NCBI RefSeq assembly: GCF_004010195.1
Contig: NC_057728.1
Span: 6,789,988 to 6,853,987 of the forward strand
DNA: 64,000 bases
Direction: 5' to 3'
From: Chiloscyllium plagiosum
Taxonomy: Eukaryota
Both the position numbers and the translations under genes were made by a program. This document shows positions 24,121-36,389 of this stretch, piece after piece; position 1 is the first letter of the stretch; each line of letters starts with the position of its first letter. The notes under the pieces were generated by a model. The model was not told where the DNA came from. It did not search any database and saw nothing but the letters and a program-made list of their open reading frames with translations.

Positions 24121-24277
24121 TTTCTCTAGTGATAGTTATTGTGTTAATTTCTCATATGGCGGTCCGATAGCTCACGTGGCTGGTTTGTAATGCACAGCGA
24201 TGCCAGCTGTGTTATCCAATTTGGAACTTACAACAGGGTTACTGCCATATCACTGTTAGTGGGATCCTGCTGTGTAC

Positions 24278-26419
24278 ATATTTTCTACTATGTAACAGTC
24301 ACCACACTTCAAAACTAAAGCACTTTGGGTCTTAGAGTCATAGAGATGTACACCACAGAAACAGACCCTTCCGCCCTACTCATCCATGCTGACCAGATAT
24401 CTTAAATTAATCCAGTTTCATTTGCCAGCATTTGGCCCATATCCATCTAAACCCTTCCTATTCATATACCCACTCAGATTCCTTTCAAATGCTGTAATTG
24501 TAGCAGACTCCACCACGTGCTCTGGCATCTCATTCCACACATGCACTACCCTCAGTGTGAAAATGTTGCCCCTTAGGTCCTTTATAAATCTTTCCCCTTT
24601 CACCCTAAACCTATGCCTTCTAGTTTTTGACTCCCTTACCCTGGGAAAAAGAACTTGACTTTTCATCCTATCCATGCCCCTTGTGATACTATAAATCTCT
24701 ATAAGGTCACCCCTCAGACTCTGATACTCCAGAGTAAAAAAGCCCCAGCCTATTCAACTTCTTCCTATCGCTCGAACATCTTTAGATCACAAAGGTGTTA
24801 TGGACCAGTCAAGCCTTTGTTTCTTTGTGTGCTGCACCTTTTTGATTTGACAATAATTGGCAACAAGGCTGCTATATGTAAGTTCTGACAAGGGCAACAA
24901 ATCTCCCACTGCACAGGCTGAGCTGTTGCTGCTGGACATACAATGATGGATCTACTTGGAAAGGATTTAACAAGGTCGGCATGAGTTTATAATCTTGAGT
25001 TGCTTGAGGATGGAACTAGTAGAACAGGTAAAGGAGAACCTGACAATGTAGTATATTTGGATTTCAAGAGGGCTTTTGATAACGTGCCATATATAAAAGG
25101 TTAGTGGGGAAATTTAAAGCACAGGGGATTGTGACTAATATACTGGCATTGATTGAGAATTAGCTGAAAGTTTAGAAACCGATGGGGGGTATACCCCAGT
25201 GATTCATTCTATTGCCCCAGTTATTCAAGATATGCAGGTCAGGTGTCCTTTATCTGGAGGTCCAAGAAATGAAGAGACATAACAAACCAACACTTTGTTT
25301 TGAAAGGGGACCTGTTCTGAGGTGGCATCTCAAACAAATACTGTGGGTGCTGGAAATCTGAAAGAATCACAGGGATTTGGGGCCTCTGGAAAGAAACGTT
25401 ACATGACCCAAAGGACCAGAATGAGCCTAAATGTGATTCTTTTCAAAGGGTCTAAACTTAGCTTGTCTACAGGTATTGTTCAGGCCCTTAGTTTATAATT
25501 TGCTTTTATTTACTATCTGACATCCTTTCAACGAAAGATACAGAACCACCAGAGTGACCATCTGTTGCGAGAATTGTAAATGGTGCAGTCGTGAACAGGG
25601 AAAGGAGCCTGTAATTCATAGAGTCATACAGCATGAAAATAAACCCTTTGGTCCAAATTGTCCTAAAATGACCTAGTCCCATGTGCCAGCATCTGGCCCA
25701 ACTTCCTCTCAACCCTTCTTATTCATATACACATCCAGGTGCCTTTTAAATGTTACAATTGTACTCACCTCCAACACTTCCTCGGGCAGCTCATTCCATC
25801 CACATCCCACCCTCTGCGTGAAAAACTTACCCCTCAGGTCCCTTTTAAATCTTCACTTCAAGCCCTGGTGAAGTGTAGCTATCAGGGGTTTTGAAACACG
25901 AGTGAAGTGCAATATTGAAATCCACCTCAGAACAATACTATCATGCTACTTAGACGCGTTGTCTGTGCAAATACACGTTGGCATCTCAAACAAATACTGT
26001 GGGTGCTGGAAATCTGAAAGAATCACAGGGAATGCTGGGGAAACATGTCATGTCATTTGCAATTTAATGCCTGGAAAGTGGAAAGATCAATGGGCTCAGG
26101 ATGCTCTCTTCATCCCAAAGCTAATGTATACAGAGGAACCTCGATTATCCGAATATCAATATCCGAAAATCTGATTATCCAAAGGAGATCTCGAGGTCCC
26201 GACAGAAACATTACATCAAAGATGGGTGTCCAACACTGATCGTGTCTTTTGTTTACAGTGATTAAAAGTGCTGCCGAAAACAGTCCTGGACTGACGGGAG
26301 TGCAGGCACTGTCTCTAAATGACTGACCTCTCACTCCACTTCTCTCTCTCATCCTACACTTTCCATGGAGTTCTACACAGGCGTGCGTCTAAACCCCCCC
26401 CTTCCCCAGATAATCTCTC
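24278..26419 (-). repeat. Right arm of the inverted duplication
   Basis: Reverse complement of 8201-10292 apart from point changes and a 59-for-10-nt replacement at 25316-25374. Carries one end of the MITE (TA-CAGAGGAACCTCG at 26131). Confidence 0.95.
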
Positions 26420-26476
26420 CAATATTGTCCTGTGCAGGGCAGAGGTGGAACCTGTCAAAAAGTTGCGGTAACAAGG

Positions 26477-26502
26477 TGTGTGTGTGTATGTGTGTGTGTG
26501 TG
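26477..26502. repeat. (GT)n microsatellite
   Basis: gtgtgtgtgtgtatgtgtgtgtgtgtg. Confidence 0.9.
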
Positions 26503-26784
26503 CTCTTGTAACCACTGTGTTTACATAGTTAAAAATCACACAACACTAGGTTATAGTCCAACAGGTTTATTTGGAAGCACTAGCCTTCGGAGGGTTACTC
26601 CTTCATCAGGTGGTTGTGGACTATAAGACCTTAAGACACAGAATTTATATTAAAAGTTTACAGTGTGATGTAACTGAAATTATATATTGAAAAAGACCTG
26701 GTTTGTTTGTTAAGTCTCTCACCTTTTAGAATGACCATGTTGGTTACACCCCAGTCCAATACCGGCATCTCCATATCATGTGTT

Positions 26785-27370
26785 TACATAGTAAGTCCAG
26801 TTCAGTTTCTCGTCAATGAAAAGCCCCCAAGGTGTTGATAGTGGGGGGGGGGGGGGGGGGTGTCAGTGATATTAAAGCCATTGAATGTCAAGGGGCAGTG
26901 TTTAGATTCTCTTTTGTCGGAGATGGTCACTTCCTTGCTCTGCCTGGCACATATGTTTCTTGCCACTTGTCAGTCCAAACCTTGGTATTGTTAAGGTCTT
27001 GTTTCGTTTGAATGTGCGCTGCTTCACTATCTGGGAATCATAAATGGTGCTGGACATTGTGCGATCACCAGTGAACATCCTCAATTCTGACCATAGGATG
27101 GAGGCAAGAATCACTGATGAAGCAGCTGAAGATGGTTGGACCTAGGACATTATCCCGAGGAACACCTGCAGAGATGTCCTGGAACTGACATGACTGACCT
27201 CCAACAACTAAAAGCATCTTGCTTTGTACTAGGTCTGACTCCAATGAGGGGAACATTTTCTCCTGATTCCCATTGACTCTCGTTTTACCAGGGCTCATTG
27301 ATACAATACTCGGTCAAATGTGGCCTTGATGTCAAGGTCTCTCACTCTCACTTCACCTCTGGAGTTCAAC
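26785..27370 (-). mobile_element. Decayed LINE RT fragment (same family as ~36390-37420)
   Basis: Minus-strand QDISAGVPRDNVLGPTIFSCFISD matches the non-LTR RT GVPQGSVLGP motif. Parallel sequence at 36.7-37.2 kb. Confidence 0.75.
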
Positions 27371-27661
27371 CACAAAAACTGAATTCTCCAAATTCAACAG
27401 TCTTACTTCAGTCCTTCCTGTTTACAGGGCTGTGACAACATTTTAGCCAATCCACTCCACATACAGTGAATTTGCATCCACTGTCCAGCAGAATGCAACC
27501 GGAGTGACTAAACCATTCATTACTTGGCAAAGCTCATTCTTACATTCCGACTGCTGGATCACCCTCATCATATTCTCATTCTGAACCTTCCTTGTCATAC
27601 AGAATTTCAAAAACATTGTCATTCCATTTAGATCAATTCACTGCATAATAGTATTCTATTT

Positions 27662-27965
27662 ACGGTGGCTCAGTGGTTAGCACTGCTGCCTCACAGCACC
27701 AGGGTCCCAGGTTCAATTCCAGCCTTAGGTGACTGTGTGGAGTTTGCATATTCTCCCTGTGTCTGTGTGGATTTCCTCTGGGTGCTCCGGTTTCCTCCCA
27801 CAGTCCAAAGATGTGCAGTCCAAAGAATTGGTCATGCTAAATTGCCCATAGTGTTAGCTGCATTAGTCAGAAGGAAATGGGTCTGGGTGGTTTATTCTTC
27901 AGAGGGTCGGTGTGGACTGGTTGGGCTGAAGGGCCTGTTTCCACTCTGTCGGGGATCAAATCTAA
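27662..27965 (+). mobile_element. HE1-type V-SINE flanked by a 30-bp direct repeat
   Basis: Head, V-domain and tail are present. Flanks atttaga(t/a)caattcactgcataatagtatt at 27626-27655 and 27966-27995. Confidence 0.88.
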
Positions 27966-28049
27966 ATTTAGAACAATTCACTGCATAATAGTATTTTGAG
28001 TCAATATAAAACCGCTATTGACCATACCCTGGGATTTCTTGGGGCGCAT

Positions 28050-28810
28050 TCTTCTGTTAATGCTCCAAGTTCCTGTTATCTGTTAGAATTGCCAGAAATG
28101 TTTCCACCCTCATTCCTTTTAGTGATGATTTCTCTTTTCCATTGACACTTCTGACCAGCATTCTTTATCCCATATAGAAATAACAGCCACTGACAATCAA
28201 TGCTTTCCGAGGAATCTTTTTAAAGCTTCTAACATCTGTTTCAACAGCACATTTCTGACTGAAAATCTAATTCCAGTTGATATGAGGAACCTATTTGTGT
28301 TTGACACCTTAGCACAGTCCAAACAAAAAGCACAGAATTAGCAATGTCCAAATGGAATGACTTCAATCTTTCATATAATCTGTTAAATTCCATTATATAT
28401 TCCGCTGTGGAATAACTATCCTGATTTCTAAACTTATTAAAATTTGACCATGTTTCATCTGCATTTAACAGATCTTTTTTCTGATAAATTTTGTCCATAT
28501 ATGTTAGTGGATTACCGAAGGCACCTTCAGTGTCTAATTCTAGGTTTGAGAATACTTCATGCCTGATCTTGCTTCTAGTAACCCAGGAGCAACAGTATCA
28601 AGGCAATGTCTTGCTTTTTTAAATTGGGGTAAGGACATAACCCAAAATATTTACTTTATTTTTCCATCAATCAACTAAACAGAACACAGTGTAAGATGAT
28701 ATCCTGTATTTTAGCCATTCTTCTCAAAAGTAACATAGATTACAAACTCCTGTCTAAAAAGCATTCTTAGTTTCCAAACCTTTCCGCAGCCACCCTCTAA
28801 TACCAATGTC
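28050..28810 (-). mobile_element. Probable Copia-type LTR retrotransposon relic (PBS plus gag N-terminus)
   Basis: Minus strand reads ...GACA-t-TGGTATTAGAG (iMet-type PBS, 28795-28805). It is followed by frameshifted gag-like peptides KKQDIALIL..., SKIRHEVFS and MDKIYQKKDLLNADETWSNFNKFR...EYIMEFNRLYERLK. Confidence 0.55.
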
Positions 28811-29713
28811 ATATATGATTAAGTTAATGGCGTCGAAAGCTTTCCACTTGACAAACTGGAATAATGTGTGTGTGGCTGTTGAAGGGAACTATTCCATTCA
28901 CATATGAGAATCAGCAAAAATTGCTACTGGTCTTGGGATTTAAGTTTTCCCACCATGCCCTCGGAACAGAAGGTACCTCTGACGTTTTGATTTATTATTG
29001 TTATATGTAACTGGGTACATTGAAAAGTTTTGTTTTACAGAAGTACAAGCAGATCATACCATAACAGGTGCATAGGGTGATAGATCAGACTGAGGAACTC
29101 AATGATGCAGTTGCAGAGAAGGTGCACAAAAGCACTCTAAACCTCAAAAAGTATTCCTGGCTGAAACGTGCTTATAAACATCCTGAGATTGTTATGAGTG
29201 AATTATAGACGGCAGGTTTGCATTTGCTGAGATGCAGGTGCTAAAGCTCGGCCAAGTGGCTGCATTTTTACATATGTTTTCTGGCAGGCCATTCGAAATT
29301 GGGAAGAAGCACATGCAAACCCAAAATTACTCGTTGATCCAAAATACAGTTGCCCTTTCAGCTGGGATCACTGTGGGATTGAGGAAACACTGTGACCTTT
29401 CCTGTACGTGATTGCAAGGTAGTTAGTCCTGCTGGAGAGCTCCAACAATTATTGGGCTGGAATCCATTGGCTGAGCACACAACTAGGTCCTCACCTGACC
29501 CCCTGCATTTGGAGGATTGCCCCAGTGTGACATGTTCACTCACCAGTACGCAAGCATGATGTTTAGCCCCAACCTGTTAAAGAAACTTCCCCTGAAGTTC
29601 TGTTGATGTGCCAAGAATTTGAAGATATGGAGCAATTCCCTGTAACAACTGTTAGTGCTGGAATGCTAGTTGCCTGTTGCCAGGTTAGATATTTACCAGG
29701 TGAAGTGGGTCAA

Positions 29714-29762
29714 GAGGAGAGAGAGAGAGAGAGCGAGACAGACAGAGAGAGAGAAAGAAAGA
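29714..29762. repeat. Imperfect (GA)n microsatellite
   Basis: gaggagagagagagagagagcgagacagacagagagagagaaagaaaga. Confidence 0.85.
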
Positions 29763-30169
29763 GCAAGTCTCAGTTGGTGCAATGTTATTAGGGCATCCCA
29801 TCTTTCCATCACTAGATAGCAGCTACGCTGATCCAGTTTATTATGGAGCATCCTTCTAATGCTGTCCACAGCCCCAATGGTCCTTGTATGTAGGCACCCA
29901 GCACCATTAGCCTGGTTTGGCCAGTTGGGTTACATTTGAACCCCTAGGTCAGAGCCCAGGAGTTCCTCATGGCCGCGCACTGTCACCTTTCTGTTCATCC
30001 TCTATCTGAATGAATGTCGATCTGAGTACGGTGATATAATAGTGGTGAAGTGTACAGATGGTAAGGTACTTGTAAGTCCTAAAAGGAATAGTGAAGGAAG
30101 CTCCAGGAACTCCGTGGAGATGTTCATGAAATGGTGCGATAACAATTCTCTCTAATGAATGAAAACAAG

Positions 30170-30690
30170 ACAAAAAAATACCCCGACTTCCCCGTAGCCG
30201 GTCATTTTAACACAGCATCCTACTCACATGACCACTGTCTGTCCTTGGCATGCTGCAGTGTTCCAGTGAGTCACAGAGCAAACTGGAGGAACAACATCTC
30301 ATCGTCACACTAGGCACTTTGCAGCCTTCTGGACTTAACATTGAGTTCAACACCTTCACATTGTGAACCCGCTCCAGTACTTGCCTTTCTTTTAGCTTCA
30401 CCTGTTACATTCTCCATCACTATGTCCTCTCTCTCCCCTCCCTACACCCCAGTGGGACTGCTGTCATATCCAGTCTGGCTGTTAGACACAACATTGTTCT
30501 GCCATTCCCACATTCCGATATCTTTATCACTTAAAGTACCGGCATTCTTTCTCCCCCAGCACTTCACCCCACTATTGCATAAATTCTGCCCCTCCCCACT
30601 TCACATCCAGGCTTGAAATGTTGACTTGATCTCTCTCCATGGATGCTGCCTGACATGCTGTGATTTTCAGCATTTTTTGTTTTCAGTTCA
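30170..30690 (+). mobile_element. Old Penelope-like element 3' fragment
   Basis: Encodes KLEEQHLIVTLGTLQPSGLNIEF (PLE endonuclease C-terminus), then the ggatgctgcctgac...gctg terminus. Confidence 0.7.
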
Positions 30691-33600
30691 AAATAACTGG
30701 CTATGGACTTCAGGCACAAGCTAGCTGATGCTATTTCTCCTGGGGAACATACATGCTGTGAACACTGAAGTAGTTACTCACAATATAAATATCAGAGTTG
30801 ATGATAAGTTGAATTGGAGGAAATAATGTACAGACGTAATGGCCAAGGGACAGACACAACCACACTGCCATAGAAAATGTTTTGAGTAATCCAACCATTA
30901 TGAAATAATTTTATAAGGCTGTAGTTGAGAGTGATTTCCTTTCTGGATATCTGGTAATGTGGTTGTAGAAAAGAGGACTCCTTAGGGGTACAGGGCTTAT
31001 TGAACAAGGAAGGAAGGGAGTTTGATGAGTAAATCATTCTCAAGAAACTACGTTCGCGATGTAAGTAAAGAGTGTAATGAACAATGAGAATCATCCTTTA
31101 TCTCAGTATCACTGCTAATTGCTTTCTGGGATTAGGTTGAAATCGCTCAGATTTTTTCCTGGACGTATTTTCCCACTCTCTGTCAGAACCTTTAATGGGG
31201 TCAAAGTATCGATTTTGATTTGCATTCTGCACTGATGGATAATTTTAATTTAATTGAATAGCCTTTAATACACATTTTAATTAAAGGTAGACCTCTGTGA
31301 AAGGGTAATTCTCTTCGGTATGACTGTTATTATTCATTTACATGGATGTTTTCCTAATGAATGAGGCATGTACCCAAAATGAATTTCTGTGTGAACAATA
31401 ACGTGAAATTGAAGTGGAATTATAATTGAAATTGCCGTACTGCTGAAGGTATCCTTTTCAGAACTGTACCAGGACTAAAAGGATTAAAAGCTGAGCACAC
31501 TTTGTATTGCCTATAATTTGTCTTTGGTATAAAAGATTAATCTAATTGATTTGCTTAGACCATTAAAGGATTTGATCTGGGTGGATGGACAGAAGCTTGT
31601 TTCCTCTAATGGAAGATTCTAGAAAAAAAAGAGGACATTAATTAGAGTCAATAGTGAGATCAGGAAGGATTTCTTCTCCCAAAGGGTTGGGGAAATCTGG
31701 GAATCTCTCCTCAAATCTGAAAACATTCCACAAGCATTTTACAACAAATTGAGGACTTTTAAAGCACAGTCAGAGTTGTGTGGCAGGAGACACAGCAGAC
31801 AATTTGAATGATGCAAACATCTACAAACAGTGTTTGGATAATGACCAGATAATCTCTTACAGTGCATGAAGGATAAGTATTGGTCAGGAAATCGGGGTAA
31901 TCCCCACGCACTCTTCTTCAAAAGAGTGTTCCAGGATCTTTTATGAATGAAGGAATGTGCTGCATCCTGAAAAGTAAGTTCTTGAGAATGGTCATTAACC
32001 ACGAAATTTCTTTTATCTAATTTCAGTGAGAGAACTGCCTTTGAAAGGTAATATAGCACCATCTCGTGGTCACAATGGAACTTAGCATGGCAACTACTTG
32101 GGTGTTCTCAGTGGGGAGACTCCTATCAGTGTGAGGATCATCCTTAATAAGGACACACCCTAGGGGATCACTGCATGTGTTGGCAGAGATCTCAGTGCCC
32201 AAAGTAACATTCCTTAAGTAACTGATGCTAAAAACATTTCATCAGAGTTAAAAATCACACAACACCGGGTTACAGTCCAACTGGTGTATGTCGATGTGCA
32301 AGCTTTCAGAGCGCTGCACCTTTGTCAGGTAGCTAGTCCAACACTGGCACCTCCATATCATGACTTTTCATCAGTGCATTAACATCCCAGTAGCAACATG
32401 CTGGTGAGGGAAAGAGTACAGGAAATACTGTTGGTAGAGTTGCCAGACTTGGCCTGCTACTCTTAGCACAAACTGATTCTATTCCGGCAACAGCCCAACA
32501 AAACAACACAGTAAGATGAATGAAAGAAAGAGATGGGTTGAATTTATATGCAACAACCAGGACTACCAAAGCACATCACAGCTGCTGAAGTACTTCCAAA
32601 GTGTAGTCACTGTTGTAATGTCAGAAAAGCAGCAGCCAATTTGTACACAGCCAGATCATACGGGTAGCAATTGAATAAATGACCCTATAGTGTGTTCCAG
32701 TGATGTTGGTTAAGTAATATATATTGTGTCAGGCACCTGGAAGAATTCCTTTGCTATGCTTCAAAGTAGTGAGGTGTGATCTTTTGTGATCAGCCGAGAT
32801 GGTGGACAGAGTTCTAACTTTAAGTCACGGGGCAATATAACAGCACCACTGACAGTGCAGAACATCCTCAGTAATGTAACAGTGTTTGAGGCTGCCTCAC
32901 TCAAAAGGTTAGCAGAGACTGAAGCCACATTTCCAGGACCTGGGCAGAATATGTTCAGTTGAAATAGGAAATTCGGATCAGGATAGACTTGAGTTATAAT
33001 CACAAGTACCTACTTGGTCCTATAAAGGATTGGGGCCTTTAACTGCTACTTGTGTGATTCTAAAGGATAAAGACTCCCAATGCTGAAAATTCCAGTTTCC
33101 CCATCTTATTCTGGAGATAGTTATCTCAGACAAGGTTTCCAACATAATCAGAAATGTTCAGACTTTTTGTGGACGATTTTCTGGTCCCTGAGGTGGCAAG
33201 AATAAGGATGAAAGTCATGAGTTAATTGGGCAAAAAATCCAGAAGGCAGAATCTTGTCTTCGATGTAAACCTTAGCACCTCCTTCCTCACCATCAGGATC
33301 CCAACAACATGCATTTATGATCCATCTAGCCAGAATTAACTTGCTCTTCCTAACCACCTCTGCCCAGTGGTGGCTTAGGAATACTCAACACTTCATAACT
33401 GGAACTGCATAAATCAAAGGTGTGCCCATCGACTTTACTCTTCTGACTGAGTACATAGCTCTGGCTACCTTGTGACAGAAATGTGAATATTATTGAGTTG
33501 TCTCACTTCTTGAAAGTGCTCCTTGTGTGCCTTATGCCCTCATTTTCCCCTACAGTGCTGTGGAATGTAATAAGCCATCATTGTATCCTTGTATTGCCTG

Positions 33601-35249
33601 AGCACCTTCACTGCCAAGGCTTCTACTGCCATGGACTATGAAGTGTGATCCGCCTCATCCATTCAATTCTATACTCACCGTAAAATGACATGATTTGACC
33701 GTTACCCACTTCACAGTCATAAATGTTGCAGTATGCAATTTGACAGTCCCAGACCTGGGACAGACTATTCTCTCCTGAAGCCTGTAGACACGTGGACAAT
33801 TCTACCATTGCTCCCAGAACGCAGGTCCCGTACAGAATATGTGACTTGGCAATCAGCCATAAGTCATAGAGCCATAGTTATACAACATGGAAACAGACCC
33901 TTCGGTCCAACCAGTCCATGCCAACAATAATTCCAAACTAAAATATTCCCATCTGCCTGCACTTGGCCCATAACCCTCCAAACATGTCTTATACTTGTTG
34001 TTAACCAAATGTCCTTTAAACGTTGTAACTGTACATAAGTTACACAGTCAATCTTGAGAGGGCAACATGGGAACATCAAGTTGGTGTGCCACAGGGGCTC
34101 TCGGGAGGCAAGAACTGAAGTAGGAAGGAGGAATCCGTTTATATTCTCATCATGGTGATGAGTCTGACATGCCACCTTGGAACGAATGGGAGCCACCTTT
34201 GAGACTCAGGCCCAGCAGAGCACTTAATGGCAGTCAATATGGACTCAGACCTACACTCCATTACTTTAGCCATGAATGCTCAAGATTCACCACCTCATCC
34301 TCAATCCAGGAGTCCCTTCTTCTCATTGAGCAGGTGTCTGGTTGTGTTACTTCCTCCACAGGCTGCAGACAGTGCTGTGCTCACCAGATTGTTTTAGTTA
34401 ATGGACCCAATAAGGTCTGGTGGAAGATAGGGTGAACACTTTCCATCCTCAGAGCTGGTGCTGGCACAGGATGGACTCGGGCTGCAGCCACTTTACTGAG
34501 GGTGGTGCTGGGGTGGCATCAGTGCCTGGAGAGGAGAATAGAGAGAAGTGATTCGTGAAGGCACAGTATAACTGATGTAGACCAATGTGTCAGCGTTAAT
34601 GCTTATCTGAGATGAATGGAGCCCAATGTTCCTTATTGGGTTACTGTCCCATTTGTTAACACAGTTTTCCTCAGCTTGCTTGATGGCCCTTCCCTCAGAA
34701 GATCTGCAGACATTTATTTGCTTAGCCTCGCTGGTCTTGGCCTTCCCAGCAAGGTTTGTGCATCTGCTTCCTCTGCAATGAGATAAAGAGAAGTGGTGTA
34801 GGAGGGATGATCTAGTTGTACTATTGCTGGACTGTTAGCCCAGGTTCAAATCCGACCATGGTAGATGGCAGAATTTGAATTCAACAGAAGAAAATGTGGG
34901 ATTAAGGATCTGGTGATGATCATAAATCCATTGTCGATTTGTGGAAAATAAGCATCTGGTTCTTCAATGCCTTTTAGAAAAGGCATCCTTACCTGTTGTG
35001 GCCTATTTGTGACCCCAGACCCTCAGCAACACGGTTGACTCTCAAAGTTCACTCTGGGAATTAGGGTTGGACAATAAATGCTGGTCTAGTCAGTGATGCT
35101 CATGAATGAATAACAAAAGGAGCAATTTATGAGTGCATTGAAAGGCGGTGAGGGGCGCCCAGTGAGTAGGAAGTGCACTGGGTAGGAAGGGCTAATAGTT
35201 TGAGAGTGTGAGGTCGGTGTGATCCTTTGAGTGTTCACATCTCACATGC

Positions 35250-35560
35250 GAGACTGAAGCTTGTAGCCTACGACTGCTTGAGATGCCTGTGAGGTACAAG
35301 AGTGAGACTGAGTGATGTGAGGTGACAGAGAGGAGATAGTGTCATTTGCCCTTGTGAATGGCATGAGGTCATTCATTTTCTTCTGGCACTGTTTGCCATC
35401 CCTAATGCACAGGCCAATAATATTGCCACACACTGCTTCAAGTCGAAATTGTCTCATGGGATGGCCTCCTGGTGCCATTCTTTGGGAATGGGATGGATCT
35501 TCCTCACAGTGATTTCATCCAGCAGCATCAGTGACTTCTTGGCAAGCATTTCCCGGCTTC
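35250..35560 (-). mobile_element. Possible PIF/Harbinger Myb/SANT-like gene relic
   Basis: IRDGKQCQKKMNDL resembles the R-x-x-x-Q-C-x-K-K-x-x-D-L helix of Myb/SANT-like domains. Short and decayed. Confidence 0.35.
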
Positions 35561-36389
35561 TGAGGGCAGTCACCACAGGCTCCTGGGGAGTTTATGGCTT
35601 GTAGCGAGTGACATGGTGTCCAGATGGCCTTTAAATGTGATACCAGAACCTTCCGGCCCAGAAGGGCTCATTGAGATGGCAAACACCTCTGTCTTGTTCA
35701 CCACTTGAGATTCACCAACTAGCTGGTACAACATCTCCCTTGTTGAGATAATAAGCCGAGAAGCAGATGCTTACCCACAGGCATTGACGGACATGTGCTA
35801 TCCAACAGGCTCACTGCTAGGCTTCAACTTCAAAATGGAAAATCTCAGCCTCAATTACACGTCCTTCATGTGTGGAGGAACCATTGACTCCCCACAAATG
35901 AGATGCCCATCCTGTCTAATGATGCTGTGCGGGACTTTGCTGGAGGGCACTGGTTATCCCAACCACGTTGTTATCAACAGCGTTGTGACTAGGGCCAACG
36001 TACTCACTTCGTCTGTTCTGACTGGTAGGTGAAAGTGAGACTGCAGATGCTGGAGATCAGAGTCGAGAGTGTGGCACTGGAAAAGCACACCAGGCCGGGC
36101 CGCATCTGAGGAGCAGGAGAATCAACATTTTAGGCATAAGCCCTTCATCAGGAATGAGGCTTGTGGGCCAGGGCTGAGAGATAGAGGGGAGGGGGGGTGG
36201 GGCTGGGGGTTATGACCAAGGTTCAGTTGAAATTTTATTTGTGGGTTCAAAGGGTTTCAAAAACTATGATAGCTGACAGATTCTGCCATAGGTGAGTTGG
36301 ACTTCTGAAATGATCAAGCTGAGAGGAGAGAGTTCTAGGTGCAAGACTTTGGAGTTAAATAGCAATAGAACCAGAGATTTTTTTTTCCC

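Noticed and set aside
8201-26419. Giant DNA transposon (Polinton-like or foldback) with 2-kb TIRs
   Set aside because: The arms are mosaics of ordinary CR1, MITE and unique DNA, with no TSD or terminal motif and no transposase or polymerase inside.
26843-26860. Poly-G run as a functional G-quadruplex
   Set aside because: It is an expansion of a short G tract inside a dead LINE, and homopolymer length is unreliable.
31130-31440. AT-rich, TAAT-rich unique segment as a conserved enhancer
   Set aside because: Plausible but cannot be supported without cross-species alignment.
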